DNA of 64,000 nucleotides from an uncultured delta proteobacterium (GCA_963782055.1 CAWAIF010000003.1:1728001-1792000); one strand, 5' to 3'; counted from the stretch's first letter, positions 49,392 to 63,153 are shown. The notes: a model not told the origin generated them from the sequence alone. Numbers and translations are program-made.

Positions 49392-50990
49392 ATGCAGCCG
49401 ATCCACGTGCTCTTCGGGAGCGAGTCCAACAACTCGGCCGACCTGGCCGATCGCACCGCCGAGGCGTTGCAGAAGGCCGGTCTTCCCGTGGTGGTGGTGG
49501 ACATGGCCTCCATCGACGCGACCAAGCTGCCCGAGCTCCACACCGTGCTGGTGATCACGAGCACCTACGGCAACGGCAACCCGCCCTCCAACGCGGAGGC
49601 CCTGTACGGGCAGCTCATGGGGACCGACATCCCGCTCGCCGGGGTGCGCTTCTCCGTCTGCGGCCTGGGCGACACGACCTACGACCGCTTCGCCCAGTGC
49701 GGCAAGGACTTCGACGCGCGCCTGGGAGAGCTGGGCGGCACGCGCATCGCGCCGCGGCAGGACTGCGACGTGGACTACGAGGAGCCGTGGCAGGCCTGGC
49801 TGGACGAGGTGCTGGCCGCGCTGGCGGGCCTGGTGGCGGACTCCGGCATGTCGACGACGCCTTCCATCGCGCCGCCCGCCGTCGCGCCCATCACCGCCGC
49901 CCCCGGCACGCGCCGCAACCCGGTCGTCGCGCGCCTGCTGCGCACCCGTCCCCTCGGGGGCGTCGGCTCGACGAAGGAGACGCTGCACGTGGAGCTCTCC
50001 CTGGAAGGCAGCGGCCTCGTCTACGAGCCGGGCGACTCGCTCGGCATCTTCGCGACGCACGACCCCGCGCTCGTCGACGACGTGCTCATCGCCTCCAGGT
50101 GCGATGGCGGCGCGCAGGTGACGCTGACCGGCGCGGTGCACGAGGCCTCCGGGAGCGCGGGCAAGGTCACGCTGCGGGAGGCGCTCTCGCGCCGGCTGGA
50201 CCTCGCCCACGTCGACCCGCGCCTGCTCCAGGCAACGGGCGCGGCGCTCACGGGGGACGAGCCGTACCACGTGATCGACGTGCTGCTCGCGGCGAAGGAG
50301 CACCTGCCCCCGCAGCGCCTCGCGGACTGTCTGCGGCCGCTGGCGCCACGCGCGTACTCCATCGCCTCGTCGCCGCGCGCGCATCCGGGCGAGGTGCACC
50401 TGACCGTCGACGTCATCCGCTACGTCCTGCGCGGCCGGCAGCGCGGCGGCGTCGCCTCCACGCAGCTCGCCGACCGCGCGCGCCCCGGCGCGACGTTCGC
50501 CGTCTACCTGCACGGCGCGCCGCACTTCCGCCTCGCCGCGGACGATGTCCCCATCATCATGATCGGCCCGGGCACCGGCGTGGCGCCCTTCCGCGCCTTC
50601 CTGGAGGAGCGCAGGGCGCGCGGCGCGAGCGGGCAGTCCTGGCTCTTCTTCGGCGCGCGCAACGCGGGGGGCGACTTCTTCTACGGCGACGAGTTCGAGG
50701 CGATGCGCGCGTCGGGCGCCCTCACACGCCTGGACTGCGCCTTCTCGCGCGACCAGCCGGAGCGCGTGTACGTCCAGCACCGGATGCGCGAGCACGCCGC
50801 CGAGCTGTACGCCTGGATCGAGCGGGGGGCCGTGGTCTACGTGTGCGGCGATGCCCACAAGATGGCGCCGGACGTGAACGCCGCGCTCGTGGACATCCTG
50901 GCGGGCCAGGGCAAGACGTCTCGTGAGGATGCGGCCGCCCGGCTGGCGAAGATGACGGACGAAGGCCGCCACCGCAAGGACGTGTACTGA
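49392..50990 (+). CDS. CysJ-like diflavin (FMN/FAD/NADPH) oxidoreductase
   Basis: FGSESNNS, TSTYGNG, GLGDTTY, RAYSIASS, GPGTGVAPFR, FSRDQ, YVCGDA and C-terminal DVY. Confidence 0.9.
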   Translation: MQPIHVLFGSESNNSADLADRTAEALQKAGLPVVVVDMASIDATKLPELHTVLVITSTYGNGNPPSNAEALYGQLMGTDIPLAGVRFSVCGLGDTTYDRFAQCGKDFDARLGELGGTRIAPRQDCDVDYEEPWQAWLDEVLAALAGLVADSGMSTTPSIAPPAVAPITAAPGTRRNPVVARLLRTRPLGGVGSTKETLHVELSLEGSGLVYEPGDSLGIFATHDPALVDDVLIASRCDGGAQVTLTGAVHEASGSAGKVTLREALSRRLDLAHVDPRLLQATGAALTGDEPYHVIDVLLAAKEHLPPQRLADCLRPLAPRAYSIASSPRAHPGEVHLTVDVIRYVLRGRQRGGVASTQLADRARPGATFAVYLHGAPHFRLAADDVPIIMIGPGTGVAPFRAFLEERRARGASGQSWLFFGARNAGGDFFYGDEFEAMRASGALTRLDCAFSRDQPERVYVQHRMREHAAELYAWIERGAVVYVCGDAHKMAPDVNAALVDILAGQGKTSREDAAARLAKMTDEGRHRKDVY

Positions 50991-51060
50991 CGAGCTCGGC
51001 GAGTGGCGTGGTATGTTGCGAGCTGGCTACTTCTTGCCTGCCATCGATGGAGAGCTTCGC

Positions 51061-52662
51061 ATGCGCCTCACGACCCTGAGCACGGCCCTCGCTTCGTGCA
51101 TCCTCGTGGCCTGTGTCACCGACAGCCCGGTGGACCGGCCCGACAAGGACAGCGGGACGGTGAACCCGCCCGTCGATGCCGGGGCCGACCAGGGCAGCCC
51201 GGACGCGCAGCCCGAGGCCTCGCCGGTACTCGCCACCTTCTCCATCCAGCCCGCGACCCCGTTCGTGCGCCGCAAGGGTAGCGTCGACGTCACGGTCACG
51301 GTCGCGCGCGGCTCGCTCACCGGGGCAATCCCGCTCTCGGTCACCGGGCTGCCGACGGGCGTCACCTTCACGCCGGCGGCCGTCGCCGGCGGCGCCACCA
51401 CCGCCACGCTGCACTTCGACGCGACGGACACCGCGACCGAGGGGCTCGCGCAGCTCACCCTCTCCGCGAAGGGCGCCACCGACCTCAAGTTCCAGCTCCT
51501 CGTCGGCGGCGATCCGGGCACGCTCGACGAGAGCTTCGACAGCGACGGCATCCTGCTCGACACGTCCTTCGCCGGGAACGTCTTTTACGACCTGGTGGTC
51601 CAGCCCGACGGCAAGATCGTGGCGGTCGGGACGACGGCGCCCGGCGGTGGCATGTGGCTCGCGCGCCGTTACGCCGACGACGGCACCGAGGACACCGCCT
51701 TCGAGCAAGGGTTCGGGTCCATCCTGCCCAAGTCCAAGGCCGCGCGCGGCGTGGCCATCGACCCGAACGGCGACAAGGTCGTCATCGCCGGCAGCACGGC
51801 GGGCAACAGCGAGGAGATCACGCTCGTGCGCGTGAACGCCAACGGCAAGCCCGACCAGACCGTCAACGGGACCGGCGCCATCACCACCACCAGCGTCTTC
51901 TTCCCGCAGGGCGCCCGGGCGAACGCGGTCGCCGTCATGTCGGACTCGTCCATCGTGATCGCGGGGCAATCCATCGCCAGCAAGCTCGGCCTCGTGGCGA
52001 AGTTCGCGGCGAAGGACGCGACCGAGGTCACCTCCGGGTTCACGCGCTACGAGTCGCCCGGCGGCGAATTCACCGCGCTGCAGCACCTCGCCAACGGCCA
52101 GTGGCTCGCCAGCGGCACCGACCTGACCATCTCGCCCAACGCGATCGGCGTCGCGCGCCTCGACGCCAACGGTAAGCCGGACAGCACCTTCGGCACCGGC
52201 GGCTACCACACCTTCGCCCAGTACGCCAACGGCCTGGGGGCCGCCCTCGCGACCGGCGGGGACCTGCTCGTCGCGGGGGAGGACATCACTGGCCCGTCCT
52301 ACTCGCAGAGCCGCATCGACGTCTCCGGCGCGGGGACCCTCCTCTGGCACAAGAACACCGGCGGCGGCAGCAGCGCCCGGTTCACCTGCGCGGCGCCCGG
52401 GCCGGGCGACAGCACCTACGTCGCCGGGTACGGCGGCGGCACGTACGACAAGTCCTCGCTCCTGCAGCGCAACCTGAAGGGCGGCGCGCTCGACACCACC
52501 TTCGCCACCGGCGGCGTGCTCACGCTCGAGGACTCGCAGAGCCCGGACACGTACTTCTACCAGCTCCACGCGGCGGCGGTGGACTCCTACGGGCGCGTCC
52601 TTGTCGCCGGCGCGCGGCTGGGCGCCTCGCCCGGCGCGGTGATCTTCCGCGTCTGGCCGTGA
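51061..52662 (+). CDS. Lipoprotein with an Ig-like domain and delta-60-type propeller repeats
   Basis: Lipobox LVAC; GTLDESF, VQPDGKIVAVG, RLDANGKPDSTFGTGG and GALDTTFATGG. Confidence 0.83.
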   Translation: MRLTTLSTALASCILVACVTDSPVDRPDKDSGTVNPPVDAGADQGSPDAQPEASPVLATFSIQPATPFVRRKGSVDVTVTVARGSLTGAIPLSVTGLPTGVTFTPAAVAGGATTATLHFDATDTATEGLAQLTLSAKGATDLKFQLLVGGDPGTLDESFDSDGILLDTSFAGNVFYDLVVQPDGKIVAVGTTAPGGGMWLARRYADDGTEDTAFEQGFGSILPKSKAARGVAIDPNGDKVVIAGSTAGNSEEITLVRVNANGKPDQTVNGTGAITTTSVFFPQGARANAVAVMSDSSIVIAGQSIASKLGLVAKFAAKDATEVTSGFTRYESPGGEFTALQHLANGQWLASGTDLTISPNAIGVARLDANGKPDSTFGTGGYHTFAQYANGLGAALATGGDLLVAGEDITGPSYSQSRIDVSGAGTLLWHKNTGGGSSARFTCAAPGPGDSTYVAGYGGGTYDKSSLLQRNLKGGALDTTFATGGVLTLEDSQSPDTYFYQLHAAAVDSYGRVLVAGARLGASPGAVIFRVWP

Positions 52663-53288
52663 GCGCCCCCTCCACCTCGTCGCGCGAGCAGCACTGGAAC
52701 GACATCTACGCGCGCAAGCGTGAGGACGAGGTCTCCTGGTACCAGCAGGAGGCCACCCTCTCGCTCGAGCTGGTCGCGCGCTGCGGTCTCACGCCCGGCG
52801 CGAAGGTCCTCGACGTGGGAGGCGGCGCGGGTCGTCTCGTCGACGGCCTGCTGGACCGCGGCTTCGCGGACGTGACGGTCCTGGACGTCTCCGAGCAGGC
52901 CCTGCTGAAGGCGCGCGCGAGGCTGGGCGCGCGGGCGGAGCGCGTGCAGTGGGTCGTCGCCGACGTCACGACGTTCCAGCCCACCGGGCGCTACGACCTC
53001 TGGCACGACCGCGCGGTGTTCCACTTTCTCACCTCGCCCGCCGAGCGCGCAGCCTACGTCGCGGCGCTGGAGCGCGCGGTCGCGCCGGGCGGGCACGTCA
53101 TCGTGGGGACCTTCGCCCCCGATGGGCCGAAGCGGTGCAGCGGTCTGGAGGTCGTGCGCTACGACGCAGCGGGCCTCGCCGCGGCGCTCGGCCCGTCGTT
53201 CACGCTCGTCGAGGAGGCGCGACAGGAGCACGTCACGCCCGCGGGGAAGGCGCAGGCGTTCACCTTCGTGCGGCTCGTGCGCGCCTGA
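52659..53288 (+). CDS. Class I SAM-dependent methyltransferase
   Basis: VLDVGGG, LDVS and YDLWHDRAVFHFL; GTGA overlap with the upstream gene. Confidence 0.92.
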   Translation: MSAPSTSSREQHWNDIYARKREDEVSWYQQEATLSLELVARCGLTPGAKVLDVGGGAGRLVDGLLDRGFADVTVLDVSEQALLKARARLGARAERVQWVVADVTTFQPTGRYDLWHDRAVFHFLTSPAERAAYVAALERAVAPGGHVIVGTFAPDGPKRCSGLEVVRYDAAGLAAALGPSFTLVEEARQEHVTPAGKAQAFTFVRLVRA

Positions 53289-53299
53289 CGCGCGCCGCG

Positions 53300-54586
<1,287 letters not shown>

Positions 54587-54687
54587 CGCGGCCCAAGGTG
54601 CCCCGGGGCGCGCGGGCGCGCAAGCGGTGGCCTTCTCCCGGGCGAGAGACTACCTTCGCCCCCGGTTCCACGCTCGCGGAGGCATGC

Positions 54688-56097
54688 ATGTACACTGCAC
54701 GTAACCTGGCTTTCCTCGCTCTCGTCCTCGCCGCCGGCTGCGGTGGCGGCGAAGAGGCGGCGCCTCCGCCGAAGGAGACGCCCCCGCCGCCCCCGCCGAC
54801 CGTGCCCGACGCCGGCGCGCCCAAGGCGGATCCGCTCGCCGGGCTGCAGAAGACGGCGGCGGAGGCGTACGTGTGGGGCTACCCCCTCGTCTTCATGGAC
54901 CGCGAGATGCGCACCATGACCACCAACGTGCGTCTGCCGCTCGGGTCCTTCGCGCACGATCAGAAGCTCCCCGGTCCGAAGGACGGCGACGTCTTCCCCA
55001 ACCGCGACGCGCTCCTGTCCTCGGCGTGGGTGGACCTGAAGACGGAGCCGATGGTGCTCAAGGTCCCCGCCATGGGCAGCCGCTTCTACCTCTTCCAGGT
55101 CGTCGACATGTACGGCGACGTCTTCGCCAACGTCGGCACCAAGGACACCGGCTCCAAGGCCGGCTCCTTCTTGCTGACGGGCCCCGGCTTCAAGGGTGAC
55201 GTGCCGAAGGGAATGACGCAGATCAAGTGCCCGACCGACGGCGTCTGGCTCCTCGGCCGCACGCACGTCACCGGCGACAAGGACGTGCCGAAGGCGCTCG
55301 CGCTGCTCAAGAAGTTCTCCATCACCACCGTCGCGGGCAAGAAGAGCGACGCGATGCCGCCGGCGCCGCAGGGGCGCCCGCAGGATCTCAAGTTCGCCGG
55401 GCCCGCCTTCTTCGACGAGCTGGGCGCCGACATGAAGGAGTTCCCGCCGCCCGCGGCGGCTGCCGACGTGGTGGCGAAGCTCGCGAAGGCGGGCATCGGC
55501 CCGGACCTCACGCCGAGCAAGACGCTCAAGCAGGAGGAGGTCGCCGCGATCGCCCAGGGCCTCAAGGACGGCGAGGAGCAGATCGAGGCCACGCTGGACA
55601 AGCTGGTCACCAAGAAGAACGGCTGGGACGTGGACACGCGCTTCGGCAAGGCGGACAACCCGCCCGTCGTCAAGGCGGCCTTCATCCTGCGTGGCATGGA
55701 CTGGTTCCAGGCGGACGAGGCCTTCTTCCCGCTCACGCGCGTGGACGACGGCGATCGCACGCTGAGCGGCGCGCACGAGTACGTCCTGCACTTCGACAAG
55801 GGCAAGACGCCGCCGGTGGAGGCCTTCTGGTCGCTGGCGATGTATGGCAAGGCGGCCAACCTGGTCGACAACCCGGCGAACCGCTACGTGATCAGCGACA
55901 CCTCGCCGGGCTTCAAGAAGAACAAGGACGGCTCGGAGGACATCTACATCCAGGCCGACTCCCCGAAGGGCCACGAGAAGAATTGGCTCCCCGCGCCGAA
56001 GAACCAGGCCTTCTTCCTGGTGCTGCGCATGTACCAGCCGAAGCCCGACGCGACGAGCGGCGCCTGGGCGATCCCGCCGGTGAAGCGCATCAAGTGA
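54688..56097 (+). CDS. DUF1254/DUF1214 lipoprotein
   Basis: Lipobox AAGC; AYVWGYPL, PNRDALLSSAWVDL, AFWSLAMY, NWLPAP and LRMYQP. Confidence 0.9.
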   Translation: MYTARNLAFLALVLAAGCGGGEEAAPPPKETPPPPPPTVPDAGAPKADPLAGLQKTAAEAYVWGYPLVFMDREMRTMTTNVRLPLGSFAHDQKLPGPKDGDVFPNRDALLSSAWVDLKTEPMVLKVPAMGSRFYLFQVVDMYGDVFANVGTKDTGSKAGSFLLTGPGFKGDVPKGMTQIKCPTDGVWLLGRTHVTGDKDVPKALALLKKFSITTVAGKKSDAMPPAPQGRPQDLKFAGPAFFDELGADMKEFPPPAAAADVVAKLAKAGIGPDLTPSKTLKQEEVAAIAQGLKDGEEQIEATLDKLVTKKNGWDVDTRFGKADNPPVVKAAFILRGMDWFQADEAFFPLTRVDDGDRTLSGAHEYVLHFDKGKTPPVEAFWSLAMYGKAANLVDNPANRYVISDTSPGFKKNKDGSEDIYIQADSPKGHEKNWLPAPKNQAFFLVLRMYQPKPDATSGAWAIPPVKRIK

Positions 56098-56905
56098 GCC
56101 GGCGCTTGCGGAACGGATAGAGCATCTGCGCGACGAAGCGCTGCGGCACCGGGTCCGCCGAGCCGTAGGCGAGCGGCTGGCGCAGCGGCGTGTAGAAGGT
56201 GCCGAAGACCAGGTCCCAGAGCGGGAAGATGGCGGCGAAGTTGACGCCGTTCGGCCGCGGCGGGTACGCGGCGTGGTGCCAGCGGTGGAAGAGGGGCGTC
56301 GCGAAGACGTAGCGCGCGCGTCCGAACGTCCAGCTCACGTTGGCGTGGAGCATGAGCGCCCAGAGGCCGAGCACCGGGCCGATGACCAGGAAGATGCGCG
56401 GGTCGAAGCCGAGGGCGATGACCGGTAGCCCCACCGCCACCTGGCCGAGCGCCTCGGCGATGGGGTGGTTGCGCGCGCCGGCGAGCCAGTCGAGGGTGCG
56501 CGAGGAGTGGTGCACCGCGTGGAAGGGCCAGAGCACGCGCCCGTGCTGCAGGCGGTGCATCCAGTAGGCGAAGAGGTCGGCGACGAGCAGGCCGGCGACC
56601 GCCTGCAGGACGAAGGGCAGGTGCCCGAAGGGGGAGCGCGCGTGGAGCCAGTCCAGGAGCTGGTCCGGGCGGCGCGGCGCGCCGGTGGCGAGCACGACGA
56701 CGATGGCGATGGCGGCGGAGAAGGCCTTGCCCGCCGGGCGGGTGACGAAGCCCCCGAAGAGGGCGTGGGCGATGTCGTTGAGGCGCCCCCTGCGGAAGAA
56801 GCGCACCCCCCGGACGGCGGGGGAGATGCGCTCGAGGGTGCCGATCACGACGGCCAGGATGGCCAGGAGGACGAGCGCGCCGAGGAGCTTGTGAAGCAGG
56901 CCCAT
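56090..56905 (-). CDS. Sterol desaturase / fatty-acid hydroxylase family protein
   Basis: His boxes YWMHRLQH, FHAVHHS, HAN and FHRWHH; NFAAIFPLWDLVFGT. Confidence 0.92.
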   Translation of the reverse strand: MGLLHKLLGALVLLAILAVVIGTLERISPAVRGVRFFRRGRLNDIAHALFGGFVTRPAGKAFSAAIAIVVVLATGAPRRPDQLLDWLHARSPFGHLPFVLQAVAGLLVADLFAYWMHRLQHGRVLWPFHAVHHSSRTLDWLAGARNHPIAEALGQVAVGLPVIALGFDPRIFLVIGPVLGLWALMLHANVSWTFGRARYVFATPLFHRWHHAAYPPRPNGVNFAAIFPLWDLVFGTFYTPLRQPLAYGSADPVPQRFVAQMLYPFRKRRLT

Positions 56906-57035
56906 GAGGGGTGTTCGTCGGCGGCAGCCAGTTAATTTCACCCACGATCGCGGCTCTGGCGCGCCGTCGTGGTGGGTGGAGGTAGGCGTCAAGCAAGTGG
57001 ACTTTTTTCTCGGGTCATGATCTCTGAAGGGGATC

Positions 57036-59360
<2,325 letters not shown>

Positions 59361-59523
59361 GAGCGCCTCACGCGCTGCGCACGGGGTGGGCCACGCTGCC
59401 GCACGCGGGGGCAACCGGTCGCGATGCGTGCACTCTGCACACATCCGGCGCGCGGGTGGTCCGTTCTCCCTCACGCCTGCTCTGTCGGCGACGACGGTAC
59501 TCCTCCCGGAGGAGGTCCTCGTC

Positions 59524-60252
59524 ATGACTTGCTTGCGCTACCTAGCCTTCGCCGGTGTGTTCACCTGCCTCACCGCCGCGAGCTGCGGCGGCTCCACCGA
59601 CGTCGGCACCGGGCTGGATGGGGGCACCGGCGGCGACGCGACGGCGCAAGGTGGCGACGCGGCCACGGGTGGCGACGGCTCGACCGTCGGCCCCGCCTGC
59701 ACCACGGATGCCAACTGCGCCCAGCCGACGCCCTACTGCGACCCCGGCTCGCAGCACTGCGTGCAGTGCCTGGGCGATCCCAACTGCAGCCAGGGCCGGA
59801 GCTGCAACCTCACCACCCACACCTGCGTCGAGTGCACCTCGAGCGCGCAGTGCGGCGGACAGAACCCGTACTGCTCCGCCGGCGGGCGGTGCGTGCAGTG
59901 TCTGGGCGACGGCAACTGCCAGCAGGGCTACGCGTGCGACCTGACGGACAACCGCTGCGTGCGTACGTGCACCGGCGACCAGCAGTGCACCCAGCCCACG
60001 CCGCACTGCAACACGCAGACGCAGCGGTGCGTGCAGTGCGTGGACAGCACGCAGTGCGCCGGCGGGCAGGTCCAGGGCAACGTGTGCGACACGACGAGCG
60101 GGCGCTGCGTGCAGTGCCTCGTCGCGGCCGACTGCGCGGGCAACCAGACGCGGACCAAGTGCGACACCCAGACGATGCGCTGCGTGGAGTGCCTGACGAG
60201 CGCCGACTGCCCGAACAACGGGACGTGCAGCCAGAACGGCACCTGCTTCTGA
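59524..60252 (+). CDS. Cys-rich repeat lipoprotein
   Basis: SD GGAGG; lipobox AASC; about 8 repeats of CV(Q/E)CxxDxxC. Confidence 0.85.
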   Translation: MTCLRYLAFAGVFTCLTAASCGGSTDVGTGLDGGTGGDATAQGGDAATGGDGSTVGPACTTDANCAQPTPYCDPGSQHCVQCLGDPNCSQGRSCNLTTHTCVECTSSAQCGGQNPYCSAGGRCVQCLGDGNCQQGYACDLTDNRCVRTCTGDQQCTQPTPHCNTQTQRCVQCVDSTQCAGGQVQGNVCDTTSGRCVQCLVAADCAGNQTRTKCDTQTMRCVECLTSADCPNNGTCSQNGTCF

Positions 60253-60273
60253 GCGCGCGGGAGCGCGGTTCGG

Positions 60274-61269
60274 TCAGCGCGGGCCGCGGGCGCGCCACTC
60301 CAGCGGCGTCATCTTCGTCCAGCGGCGGAAGGCGCGGGCGAAGGCGCGGCCGTCGGAGTAGCCGAGCAGCAGGGCCACGTCGGTCACCGAGCGCGCGCGA
60401 TCGCCCAGGTAGGCGAGCGCGAGCTTGTGGCGGAGCTGGTCCACCAGCCGGCCGAAGGTGGTGCCCTCGGCGGCGATGCGGCGGTGGAGGGTGCGCTCGC
60501 TCGTGCCGATGACCGCGGCGACGTGCTTCGCCGTCGGCTCGCCCTTCTCCAGCTCGCGCGTGACGGCGCGTCGCACGCCCTCCAGGGCGTCGTCGGTGGA
60601 CAGCGCCGCGGCGAGCTCCAGGGCGCGCGCCTCCAGCACCCGCAGCAGGGACGGGTCGGGCGCCGCGAGGGGGGTGTCGAGCGCCGCCCCCGAGAGGTCC
60701 ACCCCGTTGAAGCCCGACGCGTAGACGATCTCGCCCGTGCCGAGGTACTGGGCGAGCAGGGCGTCGGGCTCCGCCGGCGGTGCGTGGGCGAAGAAGACGC
60801 GGTCGGGCGTGACGTCCACGCCGCAGGCCTGGCGGACGACCTGCACCTGGTGGGTGAGGGAGAACACGTTGCCCTGGCGGCCCAGACACTCCGGCTCCCC
60901 CTCGATGCGCTGCTCCAGGCGCCCGGTCTTCTCGTCGAAGCGCGCCACCAGCTGCGCGTTGATCAGCCGGCTGAAGCGGAGGAGCTGCACCATCAGCGCG
61001 CGCACCGTCGGCGTGTTGCGCGCGACGTACTCGATGAGCCCGTAGGCGCCGCGGGGCATCTCCATCGCGGCGTGGAGGCCGAAGTGCGCGTCGCCGGCGC
61101 GCTCGGCGATCGCGTCGCAGAGGGCGCGCGAGGCGCCGCACGAGATGGACACCTCGTCGGCCGTCTCGTCCACGCCGGAGCGCGTGGCGAGGTCGGTGAC
61201 GTCGACGCCCAGGCGCCGCGCGCGACGCAGGAACACCGGCACCATCTGCGACCGCAGCACGACCGCCAC
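60274..61269 (-). CDS. AraC-family transcriptional regulator
   Basis: DAHFGL...YGLIEY ligand domain; SERTLHRR and VALLLGYSDGRAFARAFRRWT; TGnTACCAC lies 6 nt before GTG 61269. Confidence 0.92.
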   Translation of the reverse strand: MAVVLRSQMVPVFLRRARRLGVDVTDLATRSGVDETADEVSISCGASRALCDAIAERAGDAHFGLHAAMEMPRGAYGLIEYVARNTPTVRALMVQLLRFSRLINAQLVARFDEKTGRLEQRIEGEPECLGRQGNVFSLTHQVQVVRQACGVDVTPDRVFFAHAPPAEPDALLAQYLGTGEIVYASGFNGVDLSGAALDTPLAAPDPSLLRVLEARALELAAALSTDDALEGVRRAVTRELEKGEPTAKHVAAVIGTSERTLHRRIAAEGTTFGRLVDQLRHKLALAYLGDRARSVTDVALLLGYSDGRAFARAFRRWTKMTPLEWRARGPR

Positions 61270-61396
61270 ACCGCGGTGGTAGCACGCGATCCACCCTGGA
61301 TCGCGGGTCTTCGCGACGTGGGCCTCCAGGCGCGCGGCCGCTCGCGGGTTGGCAGGCCGGGTCCCGGCGCGTGGCAGCGTGCGTCCGATCGCCCCG

Positions 61397-61412
61397 CGGC
61401 ACACGCGTTGCT
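61397..61412 (+). promoter_or_regulatory. Sigma54 -24/-12 promoter of the second GH25 gene
   Basis: CGGCAC-ACGCG-TTGCT, near consensus; followed by GGAGG and ATG 61437. Confidence 0.72.
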
Positions 61413-61436
61413 GACGTGGGGGGCGGAGGTCCATCG

Positions 61437-63146
61437 ATGAAAGCCCGAGCCCTTGCGTTGCTGATCGTGCTCGCCACCGCCGCCGCGTGCGGTGGCGCGG
61501 AGGAGTCCACGAGCGTCACCACCGAGCAGATCTCGGTGTGCGCCAGCGGTCCGGTCACCTACGGCGTGGACGTCTCCGAGTTCCAGGGCAACATCGACTG
61601 GGGCGCGGTCAAGGCGGGCGGGCGTGACTTCGCCTTCATCCGCCTGGCCGACGGCTTCTACCCCGACGCCACCTTCGATCAGAACTGGCAGGGCGCGGCC
61701 GGCGCGCACGTCGCGCGCGGCGCGTACCAGTTCTTCCGCGCGAGCGAGGACGGGACCGCGCAGGCCAACTTCTTCCTGAGCCGCGTGTCGGGTGGGGAGC
61801 TCGCGCCGGCGCTGGACGTGGAGGTCACCGACGGCCAGTCCGCCGCGACGATCATGGCGGGCATCGGCGCGTGGGTGGCGCGCATCGAGCAGGCGACCGG
61901 CAAGACGCCGGTGGTCTACACCGCGCCGGGCTTCTGGAACGGCCTCGCCGGCGCCCAGTCCTTCGGCGCGCCTCTCTGGGTCGCGCACTGGTTCGCGACC
62001 TGTCCGAGCATGCCCTACTCCTGGAGCGGCTGGACCTTCTGGCAGTACGCCGACAACGGCTCGGTCCCGGGTATCGGCGGCGCGGTGGACCTGGACGTCT
62101 TCAACGGCCCGCTGGCCGCCCTCGCCGGCGTGCCCACGGCGGCGCGCGTGGCGCCGGTGTCCGCCGCGACCAACGCCGACGGCCGGCTGGAGGTGTTTGT
62201 CCCCGGCAGCGACACCCAGCTCTGGCACCAGTGGCAGAAGACGCCCGGCGGAGCGTGGTCCGGCTTCTGGGGCATGACCGGGAGCATGACCGGCGCGCCT
62301 GCAGTGGCGCAGAACGCCGACGGCCGGCTGGAGGTGTTCGTGCGGGGGAGCGACGGGCAGCTCTGGCACCAGTGGCAGGTGACGCCGAACGGCGGCTGGT
62401 CCGGCTTCTCCCCGATGACGGGGCACATGACGGACTCGCCGGCGGTGGCGCAGAACGCCGACGGCCGGCTGGAGGTGTTCGTGCGGGGGAGCGACGGGCA
62501 GCTCTGGCACCAGTGGCAGGTGACGCCGAACGGCGGCTGGTCGGGCGGCTTCGTGCCCATGGCCGGAGACATGACGGGCACCCCGGCGGTGGCGCGCGAC
62601 GCCGACGGTCGTCTGGAGGTGTTCGTGCGGGGGAGCGACGGGCAGCTCTGGCACCAGTGGCAGCTGACGCCCGGCGGCGGGTGGTCGGGCTTCGCGCCGA
62701 TGACCGGGAACATGACGGACTCGCCGGCGGTGGCGCAGAACGCCGACGGTCGTCTGGAGGTGTTCGTGCGGGGGAGCGACGGCCGGCTCTGGCACCAGTG
62801 GCAGGTCACCCCGAACGGCGGCTGGTCGGGCGGCTTCGCGCCGATGACCGGGAACATGACCGGCACGCCGGCCGTCGGACGCAACGCCGACGGTCGTCTG
62901 GAGGTGTTCGTGCGCGGGAGCGACGGCCACCTCTGGCATCAATGGCAGCTCACGCCCGGCGGCGGCTGGTCGGGCTTCGCCTCCCTCAGCGGTCAGATGA
63001 CTGACTCCCCCGCGGTCGCCTCCAACGCCGACGGCCGCCTGGAGGTCCTCGTCCGCGGCGCGGACCACGCGCTCTGGCACCAGTGGCAGGTGACGCCGAA
63101 CGGTGGGTGGTCGGGCTTCGCGTCGCTGGGCGGGCAGATCGAGTGA
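61437..63146 (+). CDS. GH25 muramidase with seven PLL-family lectin-like repeats
   Basis: Lipobox AAAC; GVDVSEFQGNIDW, RGAYQFF, LDVE, FWQY and VDLDVFNG; seven (N/D)ADGRLEVxVxGxDxxLWHQWQxTPxGxWSG repeats. Confidence 0.9.
   Translation: MKARALALLIVLATAAACGGAEESTSVTTEQISVCASGPVTYGVDVSEFQGNIDWGAVKAGGRDFAFIRLADGFYPDATFDQNWQGAAGAHVARGAYQFFRASEDGTAQANFFLSRVSGGELAPALDVEVTDGQSAATIMAGIGAWVARIEQATGKTPVVYTAPGFWNGLAGAQSFGAPLWVAHWFATCPSMPYSWSGWTFWQYADNGSVPGIGGAVDLDVFNGPLAALAGVPTAARVAPVSAATNADGRLEVFVPGSDTQLWHQWQKTPGGAWSGFWGMTGSMTGAPAVAQNADGRLEVFVRGSDGQLWHQWQVTPNGGWSGFSPMTGHMTDSPAVAQNADGRLEVFVRGSDGQLWHQWQVTPNGGWSGGFVPMAGDMTGTPAVARDADGRLEVFVRGSDGQLWHQWQLTPGGGWSGFAPMTGNMTDSPAVAQNADGRLEVFVRGSDGRLWHQWQVTPNGGWSGGFAPMTGNMTGTPAVGRNADGRLEVFVRGSDGHLWHQWQLTPGGGWSGFASLSGQMTDSPAVASNADGRLEVLVRGADHALWHQWQVTPNGGWSGFASLGGQIE
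62160..63140 (+). repeat. Seven tandem coding repeats of about 138-141 bp
   Basis: Near-identical DNA blocks such as gtggcgcagaacgccgacggccggctggaggtgttcgtgcgggggagcgacgggcagctctggcaccagtggcaggtgacgccgaacggcggctggtc recur. Confidence 0.9.
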
Positions 63147-63153
63147 AGCGCGC

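Noticed and set aside
62160..63140. CRISPR-like regular repeats
   Set aside because: These are in-frame coding repeats with a period of about 140 bp, with no unique spacers and no cas genes.
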